Shown here piece after piece: positions 8,138 through 17,868 of a stretch of DNA of 61,189 nucleotides (the stretch's first letter is position 1; each line of letters opens with the position of its first letter). A program made the translations under genes and the position numbers. The notes under the pieces are model-generated. The model did not search any database. It was not told the DNA's origin and was given only the letters and a program-made list of their open reading frames with translations. Origin of the DNA: Patescibacteria group bacterium (GTDB lineage: Bacteria; Patescibacteriota; Patescibacteriia; Patescibacteriales; UBA12465); contig JAQUHX010000003.1 in the NCBI GenBank assembly GCA_028681575.1, positions 1-61,189 of the forward strand, given 5' to 3'.

Positions 8138-8596
8138 TTATCGCTGTTTTAAAGCGGTTTTAATCTGACGATCTATATCTCGTCGTTTGAGTGCTTCACG
8201 CTTATCAAACTTATGTTTTCCTTGCGCTAAAGCCAGCTCAACCTTGATTAAACTATGCTTAGTATATAGTTTTACGGGAACGAGTGTCAAGCCACCTGAA
8301 TTCAATTTTCCAATCAAACGATTAAGTTCTTCCTGTCTTAACAATAATTGCCGAGCGCGAGTTGGTTCATAATTATCTAAAACACCAGCATAACGGTATC
8401 GCGACACATGAGCGCCAATTAAAAATAAACTCGAGCGTCCTTTTTTTTCACGAATAGAGACATAGGCCTCTTTTAAACTAACATGACCATCCTTAATTGC
8501 TTTAACTTCGTGCCCTAAAAGAACCAACCCGGCTTCATAGGTTTCAAGAAATTGATAATCAAAACTAGCTCTTTTGTTGGTCGCCAGTACTGGCAT
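8138..8596 (-). CDS. smpB: SsrA-binding protein SmpB
   Basis: 152 aa. LATNKRASFDYQFLETYEAGLVLLGHEVKAI matches the canonical SmpB N-terminus, and the C-tail is basic. It is adjacent to the tmRNA and overlaps the tig 3' end by 32 nt. Confidence 0.95.
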   Translation of the reverse strand: MPVLATNKRASFDYQFLETYEAGLVLLGHEVKAIKDGHVSLKEAYVSIREKKGRSSLFLIGAHVSRYRYAGVLDNYEPTRARQLLLRQEELNRLIGKLNSGGLTLVPVKLYTKHSLIKVELALAQGKHKFDKREALKRRDIDRQIKTALKQR

Positions 8597-9875
8597 AATT
8601 CCATTCCTTTAAACGTTTTAAAACTTCACCATTTTGCATCACACTACCAACATAACGCCGATAACTAGGATCGTCAGCCATATTTTTCAAATCGGCATTT
8701 TCGGGATGCTGAGCTTTTAATTCTGCAATCTTATCACTAATTTCTGAATCGCTAATTTCTATTTTTTCCACCTTAGCCACCTGTTTCATAATCAAAGAGG
8801 CTTTAATGCGTTTTAAGGCACTAGGCACTAATTCTAAAGTAAACGCTTCTTGATTTTTTCCTAAATGAGTCAGGTAATCAGTTAAGGTTCCACCCTGCCT
8901 CTTTAAATCATCTTCAATCTCGTGAATCATAAAATGAGTTTCATTATTAATCATCACTTCTGGTATCTCGCCAAACTCCGAAGCCTCAATAATTTTATCA
9001 ATCATTTCCACCTCTAAACGATTAGCTTGCTGGCGCTCCTTATCAGCGATTATATTTTCCTCCAAAGCCTTTTTTAAATCATTTAAATCTTTAAAATTAA
9101 AACCAGTCGCTAAAGCATCGTCAATTTTCGGCAGCTCACGCTCATAAACAGATTTAACCTTAACTTTAAAGGTAACTTTTTTGCCAGCAATATTTTTTTG
9201 GTGATGCTCTTTTGGAAAATCCAAATCAAAATTAACCACCGCCTCTGCTTTTGCTCCCAATAACTTCTCGTCAAAACCAGGGACAAAATGATTTTTACCA
9301 ATAATAACTGACAAATCTTGAGTTTGCCCACCTTCAAGAGGCACCTTGTCTAAAAACATCTCTACATTAACCAGCAAACGATCGCCTGTTTTTGCCTCTT
9401 TTTCAGAAAGTACCTCGCTTGCTCGCAATTCCTGCAACTCAGCTAAACTTTTATCAATATCAGCGGCTGGAATCTTAATCTCCGCTTTCTTTATTCCTAA
9501 ATCTTTATACTTACCAAGGGTCACCTCGGGGCTAAGAGCGGTTATTATTTTATATTCTAAATCATTACCTGGAGCTAATTTAGTTATTTCTATCTGTGGC
9601 TGACCAACACTTTCTTTGCCATCCAAGTTTTCAGCAAGCACTTGGTCAATAGTCTTCTTAATGGCAATATTAGCGGCTTCTTCTAAAACAGCCATCTCGC
9701 CCAACTGCTGCTTGACCACCTCTAAGGGGGCTTTACCAGGACGAAAACCTTCAATTTTAGCAGTCTCGCTAATTTTTTTAGCTCCTTTTTCTAAGTAGGG
9801 CGTAAATTCAGACACCCCAAGGATTACATTTAATTCAATTTGACCTTTTTCTAAATCTTTTTTGGTAATTTTCAT
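8565..9875 (-). CDS. tig: trigger factor
   Basis: 436 aa. N-terminal ribosome-binding motif EGFRPGKAP, FKBP-like middle region and acidic helical C-domain, as in trigger factor. Confidence 0.9.
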   Translation of the reverse strand: MKITKKDLEKGQIELNVILGVSEFTPYLEKGAKKISETAKIEGFRPGKAPLEVVKQQLGEMAVLEEAANIAIKKTIDQVLAENLDGKESVGQPQIEITKLAPGNDLEYKIITALSPEVTLGKYKDLGIKKAEIKIPAADIDKSLAELQELRASEVLSEKEAKTGDRLLVNVEMFLDKVPLEGGQTQDLSVIIGKNHFVPGFDEKLLGAKAEAVVNFDLDFPKEHHQKNIAGKKVTFKVKVKSVYERELPKIDDALATGFNFKDLNDLKKALEENIIADKERQQANRLEVEMIDKIIEASEFGEIPEVMINNETHFMIHEIEDDLKRQGGTLTDYLTHLGKNQEAFTLELVPSALKRIKASLIMKQVAKVEKIEISDSEISDKIAELKAQHPENADLKNMADDPSYRRYVGSVMQNGEVLKRLKEWNYASTGDQQKS

Positions 9876-9990
9876 ATTTTCTTTTAATTATCAGGCTAAA
9901 AAATAAAATAATTAAGACAATCAACTTATTTGTCTAAACTTAACTATAAACATTCAAACACTAAAAAGCAAGTCTTAGCCTTAATTGTTC

Positions 9991-10019
9991 TTGACTTTTT
10001 TCGAAAAACTTCTTAAAAT
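9991..10019 (+). promoter_or_regulatory. sigma70-like promoter for ORF 10064
   Basis: TTGACT (9991-9996), 17-nt spacer, TAAAAT (10014-10019). AAGGAGG SD lies just before the ATG at 10064. Confidence 0.5.
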
Positions 10020-10063
10020 TAACCGTTCTTTTAGTACCATCAAAATTTAATAAAGGAGGAATC

Positions 10064-10492
10064 ATGAACCAGAAGAAAGAAGAGAAGTTATTACAAGTCT
10101 TGTTTGAAATTTTTGTCGAAAATCTAATCCAGGATCGCAACTTGATTGATTCTCAAGGTTGTTTCAACCACAATCGCTTAGAAACTTTGGGAAAGAAACT
10201 CAAAATCACCGAACTCCAGTTGCTCTACGCCTCAATCTCCTTGTCTTGCGCCAGAATTTCAGAAACAGAAATACCGCGCAATATTAGCGAAGAAAAAGAA
10301 AAAGAGGTTTGGTTGGCAGCTGTAAAAATGGTGATTAAAAACAATTCTGATGCCAACCTGGCTTCTTACAAAAAAAATGCCAAAAGTCTTCGTGCCGAAA
10401 TCAAAGCTAAAGGACTGAGCGTTTCTGAAAAAGAATTCAACGAGTTTATTCGTCCAATTTATCAAGAAGCGGTAAATGAAGTTGTCGCTTAA
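10064..10492 (+). CDS. hypothetical cytoplasmic protein
   Basis: 142-aa ORF with its own consensus-like promoter, strong SD and a downstream terminator. I recognise no motif. Confidence 0.6.
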   Translation: MNQKKEEKLLQVLFEIFVENLIQDRNLIDSQGCFNHNRLETLGKKLKITELQLLYASISLSCARISETEIPRNISEEKEKEVWLAAVKMVIKNNSDANLASYKKNAKSLRAEIKAKGLSVSEKEFNEFIRPIYQEAVNEVVA

Positions 10493-10511
10493 ATTCGCAA
10501 ATTACAAAAAA

Positions 10512-10537
10512 CCCCTGAGCAAATCAGGGGGTTTTTT
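10512..10537. terminator. bidirectional intrinsic terminator
   Basis: cccctga / gcaaa / tcagggg hairpin flanked by an A-run (10505-10510) and a T-run (10532-10537), between convergent ORF 10064-10492 and hppA. Confidence 0.75.
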
Positions 10538-10554
10538 ATATTCAACTAATTTTA

Positions 10555-12558
10555 CTAACCAAGAATAATGCCAACTAAAAGCAGGGCGACAATATTTAGA
10601 ACTTTAATCATAGGATTAATCGCCGGACCAGCCGTGTCCTTATAAGGATCGCCGACTGTATCACCAGTAACTGCTGCCTTATGGGCCTCTGATCCTTTAC
10701 CGCCGAAATGTCCAGACTCAATATACTTTTTAGCGTTATCCCAGGCGCCGCCACCGGAAGTCATTGAAATCGCCTGAAAAACACCAGTCACAATGGAACC
10801 AACCAAAAGTCCAGCCAAAACCTCTAAACTATTATTTCTAAAGATTAAAACTAAAATAATTGGTGTTAGTACTGGTAAAAGAGCAGGGACAATCATCTGC
10901 TTAATTGCTGCTTTAGTCACAATACCAACCGTACGGCCATAGTTAGGCTTATCTGTCCCCTCCATAATACCAGGCTTTTCCTTAAATTGAGCGCGCACAT
11001 CCTCAACTACTGAACCAGCCGTCTTGCCAACTGCCTGCATTGCTAAAGCGGCAAATAGATAAGTAATTGCGCCGCCAACAAACAAACCAATTAAAACAAA
11101 AGGATTATCAATTAAAAATTCCGCCTTGCCTCGAGAAAGAACAATCTTGTGAGTAAAATCAGCAAATAAAACCAAGGCAGCCAAAGCCGCAGAGCCAATT
11201 GCATAACCCTTAGTTACGGCTTTAGTCGTATTACCAACCGCATCTAAAGGGTCAGTAATATTCCTAACCTCATCACCCATTTCCGCCATTTCTGCAATTC
11301 CGCCAGCATTATCTGTAATCGGACCATAAGCATCAATCGTAATAATAATTCCCGCTACCGATAGCATCGCCATGGCTGCGATAGCAATTCCATATAAACC
11401 AGACAAAGAATAAGCTCCAAAAATAGCCAGACAAATAACAATAATTGGCCAAACTGTTGACTTCATCGAAACAGCTAAACCAGCAATCACGTTTGTGCCA
11501 TGTCCAGTTTTAGAGGCCTCGGAAATTTCTTTAACAGGTTTAAAGCTTGTGGAAGTATAGTATTCAGTGATAATTACGAGCAAGCCGGTCACCACCAAAC
11601 CGATTAAGGCTGACAAGAAAATATTTAAATAATCAGCGCCCCAGAAGTAGCGAGAAACAAAAAAGAAAGCAAGTGCTGATAACAAACCAGAAACAGCTAA
11701 GCCCTTATAAAGAGCAGCCATAATATTTTGCTTTTTACCTAAACGAATAAAGAAAATTCCAACAATTGAAGATACAATAGCTAGAGCTCCTAAAACTAAA
11801 GGAAATAAAACTATATTTTGATCACCATTAAAGGTAAGCGCACCTAAAACCATCGTCGCAATTGCAGTCACGGCGTAAGTTTCAAATAAATCAGCCGCCA
11901 TGCCAGCACAATCACCAACATTATCACCGACATTGTCAGCAATTACCGCCGGATTTCGGGGATCATCTTCAGGGATATTCACTTCAACTTTGCCAACCAA
12001 ATCGGCCCCAACGTCGGCCGCTTTAGTATAAATACCACCACCTAAACGAGCAAAAATAGAAATAAGAGAACTGCCAAAAGCAAAACCAATTAGAGCCACC
12101 AAGTCGCCCGTTAACAAATAAAAACCAGCCGTGCCAAGTAAAGCCAAACCAACAACAAGAATTCCAGTCACACTGCCGCCACGAACCGCGACATCAAGAG
12201 CTTTTTGAAGCCCCTTCCTGGCAGCTTCAGCCGTACGAACATTAGCGCGGACGCTAACAAACATACCAATATAACCAGCTGCCGCTGAAAGGACTGCGCC
12301 AACCACAAAAGCAATAGCGGTTTTCCAACCTAAAGAAGGGATAAAACCAATCACCAAAGTCAGGGCCGCAGCGACAAGGCCGATAGAGCTATACTGGCGA
12401 TTTAAAAAAGCATTAGCACCCTCTTGAATTGCTTGGGCGATTTGTTTCATTTTATCGTTACCAGCTGGCAACCTTAGAATATGGCGAACCATAAACAGGC
12501 CATAAATAATAGCCACCGCTACAGCTCCTAAGATAACCCAAATAATAGTGTTTATCAT
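10555..12558 (-). CDS. hppA: membrane-bound ion-translocating pyrophosphatase
   Basis: 667 aa, about 16 TM. Signature motifs [30 protein letters not shown] and [13 protein letters not shown]. Confidence 0.95.
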   Translation of the reverse strand: MINTIIWVILGAVAVAIIYGLFMVRHILRLPAGNDKMKQIAQAIQEGANAFLNRQYSSIGLVAAALTLVIGFIPSLGWKTAIAFVVGAVLSAAAGYIGMFVSVRANVRTAEAARKGLQKALDVAVRGGSVTGILVVGLALLGTAGFYLLTGDLVALIGFAFGSSLISIFARLGGGIYTKAADVGADLVGKVEVNIPEDDPRNPAVIADNVGDNVGDCAGMAADLFETYAVTAIATMVLGALTFNGDQNIVLFPLVLGALAIVSSIVGIFFIRLGKKQNIMAALYKGLAVSGLLSALAFFFVSRYFWGADYLNIFLSALIGLVVTGLLVIITEYYTSTSFKPVKEISEASKTGHGTNVIAGLAVSMKSTVWPIIVICLAIFGAYSLSGLYGIAIAAMAMLSVAGIIITIDAYGPITDNAGGIAEMAEMGDEVRNITDPLDAVGNTTKAVTKGYAIGSAALAALVLFADFTHKIVLSRGKAEFLIDNPFVLIGLFVGGAITYLFAALAMQAVGKTAGSVVEDVRAQFKEKPGIMEGTDKPNYGRTVGIVTKAAIKQMIVPALLPVLTPIILVLIFRNNSLEVLAGLLVGSIVTGVFQAISMTSGGGAWDNAKKYIESGHFGGKGSEAHKAAVTGDTVGDPYKDTAGPAINPMIKVLNIVALLLVGIILG

Positions 12559-12570
12559 ACTTTTCTACTT

Positions 12571-12589
12571 AAAACCGCCAAGCGGTTTT
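12571..12589. terminator. intergenic hairpin between nusA and hppA (weak terminator or attenuator)
   Basis: aaaaccgc / caa / gcggtttt forms an 8-bp stem. The T-run is part of the stem, so termination efficiency is uncertain. Confidence 0.3.
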
Positions 12590-12603
12590 TTATTATATTA
12601 TTC

Positions 12604-13911
12604 TTAAATTTCTTTTTTTACTTTAGAACTTTTTTTAACAACTTTTTTTTCTATCTTCTTTGCAGTGTCTTCATCAATAACTTCTTCAGGAATAGAGTCT
12701 TTTTCAGTGTTTTCTTCTTCGGCAGCTACCATCACTTCACCACTATCACTTGCAACAACTTCGTCGCCATCAGAAATAATATCAATTTTCCAGCCGGTTA
12801 AATGTGCCGCCAAGCGAACATTTTGACCGCTTTTCCCAATCGCTAAAGACAGCTTATCAGGATCAACTTTAACAACCGCTTTATGTTCCGCTTCTATTAA
12901 TTTAATATCAACCACCTTTGCCGGAGCTAAAGAATTGGCGATAAACTTTTCAGCATTCTCGCTATATTCAATAATATCAACCTTTTCGCCGCCAAGCTCA
13001 CTAATAATTGTTTGAATGCGAGAACCGCGCTGACCAACACAAGAACCAACTGGATCAACGTTTTCAGCATCAGTCCAAATTGCTACCTTGGAGCGGGAAC
13101 CAGCCTCGCGAGCGACAGCTTTTAATTCCACTAAACCATTAGCGACTTCGGGGATTTCCAAATAAAAGACTTTCTTCAAAATCTCTTCACTACGACGAGA
13201 CAAAATAATTTCTGGCCCCCTGTGTCCTTCACGCACTTCCTTAACATAAATCTTATAGCGGTCGCCAACTTCATAACGTTCACTGTAAATTTGCTCTTCG
13301 GGTGGCAATAAACCAATTGCTTTCCCTAAATCAATAAAGACTAGACGGCCTTCACGGCGCTGAACAGCACCAGAAATAACTTCGCCCTCCTTATCTTTAA
13401 ATTCACCAAAAATCATATCTCGCTCCATCTCCCGCAACTTCTGAATTATCACCTGCTTGGCAGTTTGTGCAGCCATACGCCCATAACTTTCAGGAATCGG
13501 CAAATCAGTAATAATCTCATCACCAATTTGAGCGCCAGTTTTTAAAATTTTTGCTTCCTTTAATTGAATGTCGGTTTTAGGATTAAACCTTCTAATTTCT
13601 TCACCGTCGGCATCCAGCTCTGGTTCAACATAAACAGGCTCTTCCTTGGCGTTTTTATCAACTGGACCATACAAACGCTGTAACATTTCCGCCTCTTCTT
13701 GTTCTGGCAAGTCTTCAACGACTGTTTTTATATCAAAAATTTGACTAGTTGCAGTTTCTGGATCAAATTTTACTTTAATGTTTTGATTTTTCTCGCCATA
13801 GTCTTTGCGATAAGCAGCAGCCAAGGCTAACTCAATCGTGTTAACGACAGTGTTATAATCAAGATTCTTTTCCTCGCAAACCAACTTAATGGCATTTGTT
13901 AATTCAGACAT
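12604..13911 (-). CDS. nusA: transcription termination/antitermination factor NusA
   Basis: 435 aa. NusA N-domain (LVCEEKNLDYNTVVNTIELALAAAYRK), S1 domain and two KH domains (VGSCVGQRGSRIQTI, LAIGKSGQNVRLAAHLTGWKIDI). Confidence 0.95.
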   Translation of the reverse strand: MSELTNAIKLVCEEKNLDYNTVVNTIELALAAAYRKDYGEKNQNIKVKFDPETATSQIFDIKTVVEDLPEQEEAEMLQRLYGPVDKNAKEEPVYVEPELDADGEEIRRFNPKTDIQLKEAKILKTGAQIGDEIITDLPIPESYGRMAAQTAKQVIIQKLREMERDMIFGEFKDKEGEVISGAVQRREGRLVFIDLGKAIGLLPPEEQIYSERYEVGDRYKIYVKEVREGHRGPEIILSRRSEEILKKVFYLEIPEVANGLVELKAVAREAGSRSKVAIWTDAENVDPVGSCVGQRGSRIQTIISELGGEKVDIIEYSENAEKFIANSLAPAKVVDIKLIEAEHKAVVKVDPDKLSLAIGKSGQNVRLAAHLTGWKIDIISDGDEVVASDSGEVMVAAEEENTEKDSIPEEVIDEDTAKKIEKKVVKKSSKVKKEI

Positions 13912-13996
13912 AAATATTTAATTAGAGAAAAAGCTAATTGTGAAAAACAACTAGCTTTATCTAAATATTACCAGTTTTCAAAGATTTGTCAAAAAA

Positions 13997-14428
13997 TCAC
14001 CAAAATGGCCCCTTGCAGTCAACCGCACCATCGGTAGTCGTAAGACAAACAATAACATTTAAAAGATAATAAACTATCCCCCAAGAAGTTAAAATTATTA
14101 CTAAACCAATAGCTAGGTTTTTAATATTCCCTAAAGATTTACTTGTTTTTTCCTTGTTTCCACCCGAAGTCATATATTGAACCCCTGAAACAATTAAGAG
14201 AATCACGGCAATCAAAGCCAAAAAAGAAAGGATAGTGTTAATTAATTCCAAAATTGTCCGCCTCGCATCCTGAGGCTTGTTAGTGCTATAAGCTTGACCG
14301 CCAACTTCTTGAAGCAAGGTTTGCTGATTAAGTAAAGTATTATTGGCTACTGCCGGAGAACTAAAAAACAAAACGCCAAGCATAACTCCCGCTAAACCAA
14401 AAATGCCAATTTTTTTCGCAAGTCTCAT
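13997..14428 (-). CDS. VirB2/TrbC-like (T4SS-pilin-like) small membrane protein, dispersed paralog
   Basis: The start is moved to the ATG at 14428-14426 (MRLAKKIGIFGLAG...PAVA signal peptide), which removes the overlap with the divergent gene. The C-terminal half LALIAVILLIVSGVQYMTSGGNKEK...LAIGLVIILTSWGIVYYL has the same TM-loop-TM pattern as the 50-52.6 kb array. Confidence 0.65.
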   Translation of the reverse strand: MRLAKKIGIFGLAGVMLGVLFFSSPAVANNTLLNQQTLLQEVGGQAYSTNKPQDARRTILELINTILSFLALIAVILLIVSGVQYMTSGGNKEKTSKSLGNIKNLAIGLVIILTSWGIVYYLLNVIVCLTTTDGAVDCKGPFW

Positions 14429-14471
14429 ATTTTTGTTATAATTTAATACTACAAACATTATAGTTAAAAAA

Positions 14472-15923
14472 ATGACTGCTGACAAACCCTTAAAGCTTGC
14501 TACCCGTGTTTTTTACAATACCGCCATCCAAATTGGCGGTAAAATTGTTTCTACCCTTATCGGCTTATTGTCGATTGCCTTAATAACCCGCTATTTAGGG
14601 TTAGCTGGCTTTGGTTCATACGCGACTATTATTGCCTTTGTTTCTTTTTTTGCCGCTCTAGCTGACCTGGGTATGACCCTGGTAACCAGTCAAATGATTA
14701 GTCGCCCCCAAGCCGACCAGTCACGAATTTTAAACGGGCTCTTTGGTTTACGTCTACTGTCAATTGTAGCAATTTTAGCATTAGCTCCAATTGTCGGCTC
14801 ATTTTTTCCTTACAGCCCAGCTGTAAAAATTGGTATTTTAATTAGTACTCTTTCCTATATATTTCCCGCTCTTAATCAGATTATCATCGGCTTACTCCAA
14901 AAACATCTGCGCCTGGATCGAGCGGCGATTGCCGAAGTTTTTGGCAGACTTCTATTAATTGCTGGTATTTTCTGGGTTATCAAAACAGATGCCGGTTTAA
15001 ACGGGCTACTCTGGATTCATGTCATATCTGCTGCTGGTAGCTTTTTTCTAGCTTATTTTTTAGCTAGCGCTATTCATTGGCTCAGACCCCGTTTTGATTT
15101 TATTTTCTGGCGCAAAATACTCCTACAAAGCTGGCCCTTAGCTTTAACAACTCTCTTAAATCTAATTTATTTAAAAAGCGATACAATCGCTTTGTCTCTT
15201 AGTCGCCCCTCCGAAGAAGTTGGCCTGTATGCTGCTGCTGACCGTGCTGTTGAAATTTTAAGCACCTTACCTTTTCTTTTTGCCGGGATCATTCTCCCAA
15301 TTTTAACTCGTGCTTGGGCGGAAAATAAAAAAGATTATTTTAAAAAAATTCTTCAAAAATCTTTAGATTTAATGAGTATTATTGCAATTCCTCTAATTAT
15401 TGGCACTTTTATCCTAGGGGATTCAGTTATAGTTTTACTGGCTGGAGAGGAATATATGGCTAGCGGCTTAATTTTAAAAATTTTAATTCTTGCCGTGGCT
15501 GGAGTTTTTATTGGTTGTATTTTTTCTCATGCCATCTTAGCTATTGATAAGCAGAAAAAAATTATTAGCGCCTATGCCTTTATTGCCTTGAGTTCTTTAA
15601 TTTTCTATGTTTTACTAATTCCGCACTGGTCTTATCTGGCAGCCGCCCTAATTACCGTCTACAGTGAATGGGGGCTCGCCTACCTGGCTATCCGCTTGAT
15701 AAAAAAATATACAAACTTCAAAATAAATTTTCTAGTCTTGAAAAAATCGCTCTTCGCTTCTTTAATTATGGGGCTGGCTATTTTTCTCCTCCCTAAACAT
15801 CTAAGCTGGCACTGGTTAAGTCTCTTGGTTATTATTATTGGGGCAAGTCTGATTTATTTTATTAGTCTTTATCTTTTAAAAGGGCTCACAAAAGCCGATT
15901 TACAAATTCTTAAACGCCACTGA
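14472..15923 (+). CDS. MOP-superfamily flippase (Wzx/polysaccharide-biosynthesis type)
   Basis: 483 aa, about 14 TM helices. The N-terminal pattern (NTAIQIGGKIVSTLIGLLSIALITRYLGLAGFGSY) is typical of oligosaccharide/lipid-linked flippases. An extended -10 (TGTTATAAT, 14434-14442) lies upstream. Confidence 0.65.
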   Translation: MTADKPLKLATRVFYNTAIQIGGKIVSTLIGLLSIALITRYLGLAGFGSYATIIAFVSFFAALADLGMTLVTSQMISRPQADQSRILNGLFGLRLLSIVAILALAPIVGSFFPYSPAVKIGILISTLSYIFPALNQIIIGLLQKHLRLDRAAIAEVFGRLLLIAGIFWVIKTDAGLNGLLWIHVISAAGSFFLAYFLASAIHWLRPRFDFIFWRKILLQSWPLALTTLLNLIYLKSDTIALSLSRPSEEVGLYAAADRAVEILSTLPFLFAGIILPILTRAWAENKKDYFKKILQKSLDLMSIIAIPLIIGTFILGDSVIVLLAGEEYMASGLILKILILAVAGVFIGCIFSHAILAIDKQKKIISAYAFIALSSLIFYVLLIPHWSYLAAALITVYSEWGLAYLAIRLIKKYTNFKINFLVLKKSLFASLIMGLAIFLLPKHLSWHWLSLLVIIIGASLIYFISLYLLKGLTKADLQILKRH

Positions 15924-15925
15924 TT

Positions 15926-16690
15926 ATGTTAGAACCAAAAATTATCTGGGAAACAAACGACTATCTAGTTTTAAACAAACCAGCTGGGTGGACTGTCCAT
16001 GGCGGAGCGGGAATTTCCGGACCCCTTTTAACCGACTGGTTACACAAACACTATCCAAGTATTAACGATGTCGGCGACAATTCTTTGCGTCCTGGTATTG
16101 TCCACCGCCTAGACAAAGAAGCGAGCGGTTTAATGGTAGTGGCAAAAACAAATACTGCTTGGCAATATTTCAAAGAATTATTTAAAAGTCGCCAAGTTGG
16201 TAAAACTTACTGGGCTTTAGTTCATGGCCAAATTGCCAAAGACGAAGGGGTTTTGAATTTTCCAATCAAACGAGCCAGCTCGGGCCACCGGATGGTCGCC
16301 CTACCTTTTATTGACCAAAGCTTAACTGAAAAGAAGAATCTAAATAATCGCGATCGTGGCCTAGTTAAAGCAAGAGAAAAGGCAAAAAACGCATTAACAA
16401 AATTTAATGTTTTAAAAAGATTTATCAACTACACTCTAGTTGAGGTAAAAATAAAAACTGGACGCACCCACCAGATTAGAGTTCATTTTTTTGCTTACGG
16501 ACACCCTTTGCTCGGCGATCAACTCTACACCACCAAAAAAACGAAAGTTAAGAATGAAAAAGCTAAGCTTGAAAGAATTTTTTTAATTGCTAAAAGCCTA
16601 AAATTTAAAGACCCGGCTGGTGATGACAAAATTTTTGAAATCGACCTCCCCGCAGACCTTGAAAGCTTTTTAAATGGATCCGCTAAATAA
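15926..16690 (+). CDS. RluA-family pseudouridine synthase
   Basis: 254 aa. Catalytic motif HRLDKEASGLMV and GRTHQIRVH. Confidence 0.9.
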   Translation: MLEPKIIWETNDYLVLNKPAGWTVHGGAGISGPLLTDWLHKHYPSINDVGDNSLRPGIVHRLDKEASGLMVVAKTNTAWQYFKELFKSRQVGKTYWALVHGQIAKDEGVLNFPIKRASSGHRMVALPFIDQSLTEKKNLNNRDRGLVKAREKAKNALTKFNVLKRFINYTLVEVKIKTGRTHQIRVHFFAYGHPLLGDQLYTTKKTKVKNEKAKLERIFLIAKSLKFKDPAGDDKIFEIDLPADLESFLNGSAK

Positions 16691-16701
16691 TCTCACAAAC
16701 T

Positions 16702-16730
16702 TTGACGCCTACTTTGTTTTTCGCTATAAT
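16702..16730 (+). promoter_or_regulatory. sigma70-like promoter for ORF 16778
   Basis: TTGACG (16702-16707), 17-nt spacer, TATAAT (16725-16730). Confidence 0.55.
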
Positions 16731-16777
16731 AAGTTCATTGATTTTTTTAAAAAATAATAATAATTATCAAGAAAATT

Positions 16778-17761
16778 ATGAAGAAAAAAAATAATCTTCT
16801 CTTAGGAATTGTTCTCTTATTGATAGTTGTAGCCGCTGTTTTTGGAATTATTTTAAATAACCGTGGCACAATTAGCAAAAAAGAGGCAGCCGCTCAAGGG
16901 GAAAATTTTGTCAACTCTTTTTTGATGCAATCAGGAAGCGTTGCTTTGGTAAAAGAAGTTAGTGAGGAATACGATTTATATAAATTAAAGATGGATATCG
17001 GCTCCGGCCAAATGGTAGATTCTTATTTATCCCGAGATGGCAAGCTTTTCTTCCCTCAGGCTTTAAATATTGCCGAAGTTAGAGAAGAGATGGCTGCCGC
17101 TCCTACAGCTGACAACAACCAAGCAGTTGCTGCTCAGGATATTCCTAAATCTGAAAAACCAGAAGTGGAGTTATTCGTAATGAGCTACTGCCCTTATGGC
17201 TTACAAATGGAAAAAGGTATTTTCCCGGTAGTTGATTTACTGGGCGATAAAATTAATTTTGAATTAAAGTTTAATGATTATATAATGCATGGTGAAGAAG
17301 AGATTCAAGAAAATCTAGTTCAATACTGTATTCAAAAGGAAGAGAAAAACAAGCTCAATGATTACATGGATTGTTTTGTAAAAGCAGGTGATACTGCTAG
17401 TTGCTTAGTTGAAGCTGGTATAAATAAATCTAAAAATGATGCCTGTATTGAAGCCACTGATAAAGAGTACAAAATCATGGAAAACTTTGAAAACAATGTT
17501 GGCTACACAGGCTCTTACCCTGGCTTCGACGTTTACAAAGAAGACAATAATCGCTATAGTGTCGGCGGCTCTCCAACTTTAATCATCAACGGAGTTGATG
17601 TTTCGACTGCTAGAGATAGCGCGAGCTTACTGAAAACAATTTGCGGTGCTTTTGAAAACGCACCAGAAGAATGCAATAATACCGATCTTCCAACAGCTAC
17701 CCCTTCTGCCGGTATCGGTGTCGGAACAGCTAACACAGCCGTTGCGGCTGCTTGTGAATAG
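16778..17761 (+). CDS. membrane-anchored, Cys-rich thioredoxin-fold (DsbA-like) protein
   Basis: 327 aa. N-terminal anchor LLLGIVLLLIVVAAVFGII. FVMSYCPYGLQ resembles the thioredoxin-fold active-site position, but as CPYG (monothiol). Several further Cys are present, and GGSPTLIING matches the cis-Pro loop region of DsbA-like proteins. Confidence 0.45.
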   Translation: MKKKNNLLLGIVLLLIVVAAVFGIILNNRGTISKKEAAAQGENFVNSFLMQSGSVALVKEVSEEYDLYKLKMDIGSGQMVDSYLSRDGKLFFPQALNIAEVREEMAAAPTADNNQAVAAQDIPKSEKPEVELFVMSYCPYGLQMEKGIFPVVDLLGDKINFELKFNDYIMHGEEEIQENLVQYCIQKEEKNKLNDYMDCFVKAGDTASCLVEAGINKSKNDACIEATDKEYKIMENFENNVGYTGSYPGFDVYKEDNNRYSVGGSPTLIINGVDVSTARDSASLLKTICGAFENAPEECNNTDLPTATPSAGIGVGTANTAVAAACE

Positions 17762-17780
17762 TTAAAACACCTTTCAAAAA

Positions 17781-17809
17781 GACCGTCAACATTGACGGTC
17801 TTTTTTTTT
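17781..17809. terminator. bidirectional intrinsic terminator
   Basis: gaccgtcaa / cat / ttgacggtc forms a perfect 9-bp stem, with A5 before it and T9 after it. It lies between convergent ORF 16778-17761 and greA. Confidence 0.8.
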
Positions 17810-17868
17810 AAAAAAAGACCCAGAAAAACTTTTTGTTCTTCAAGGTCTTTAACTTTCAAAGTCAGTGG

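Noticed and set aside
6352-8372. ORFs 6352-6582 (+), 7039-7227 (+) and 8187-8372 (+)
   Set aside because: They are antisense shadows of infC, the TraX-family gene and smpB.
9110-9798. ORFs 9110-9337 (-), 9346-9603 (+) and 9616-9798 (+)
   Set aside because: They are out-of-frame or antisense ORFs inside the trigger factor gene, so they are shadow ORFs.
14429-14485. 19-codon extension of the pilin-like ORF that would overlap the divergent flippase start
   Set aside because: The internal ATG at 14428 gives a canonical signal peptide (MRLAKKIGIFGLAG...) and leaves room for divergent promoters.
15921-15928. Alternative genetic code (UGA recoded, as in some CPR lineages)
   Set aside because: TGA at 15921-15923 terminates the flippase ORF 2 nt before the next gene's ATG. 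Long conserved genes also read through without in-frame TGA, so the standard code 11 fits.
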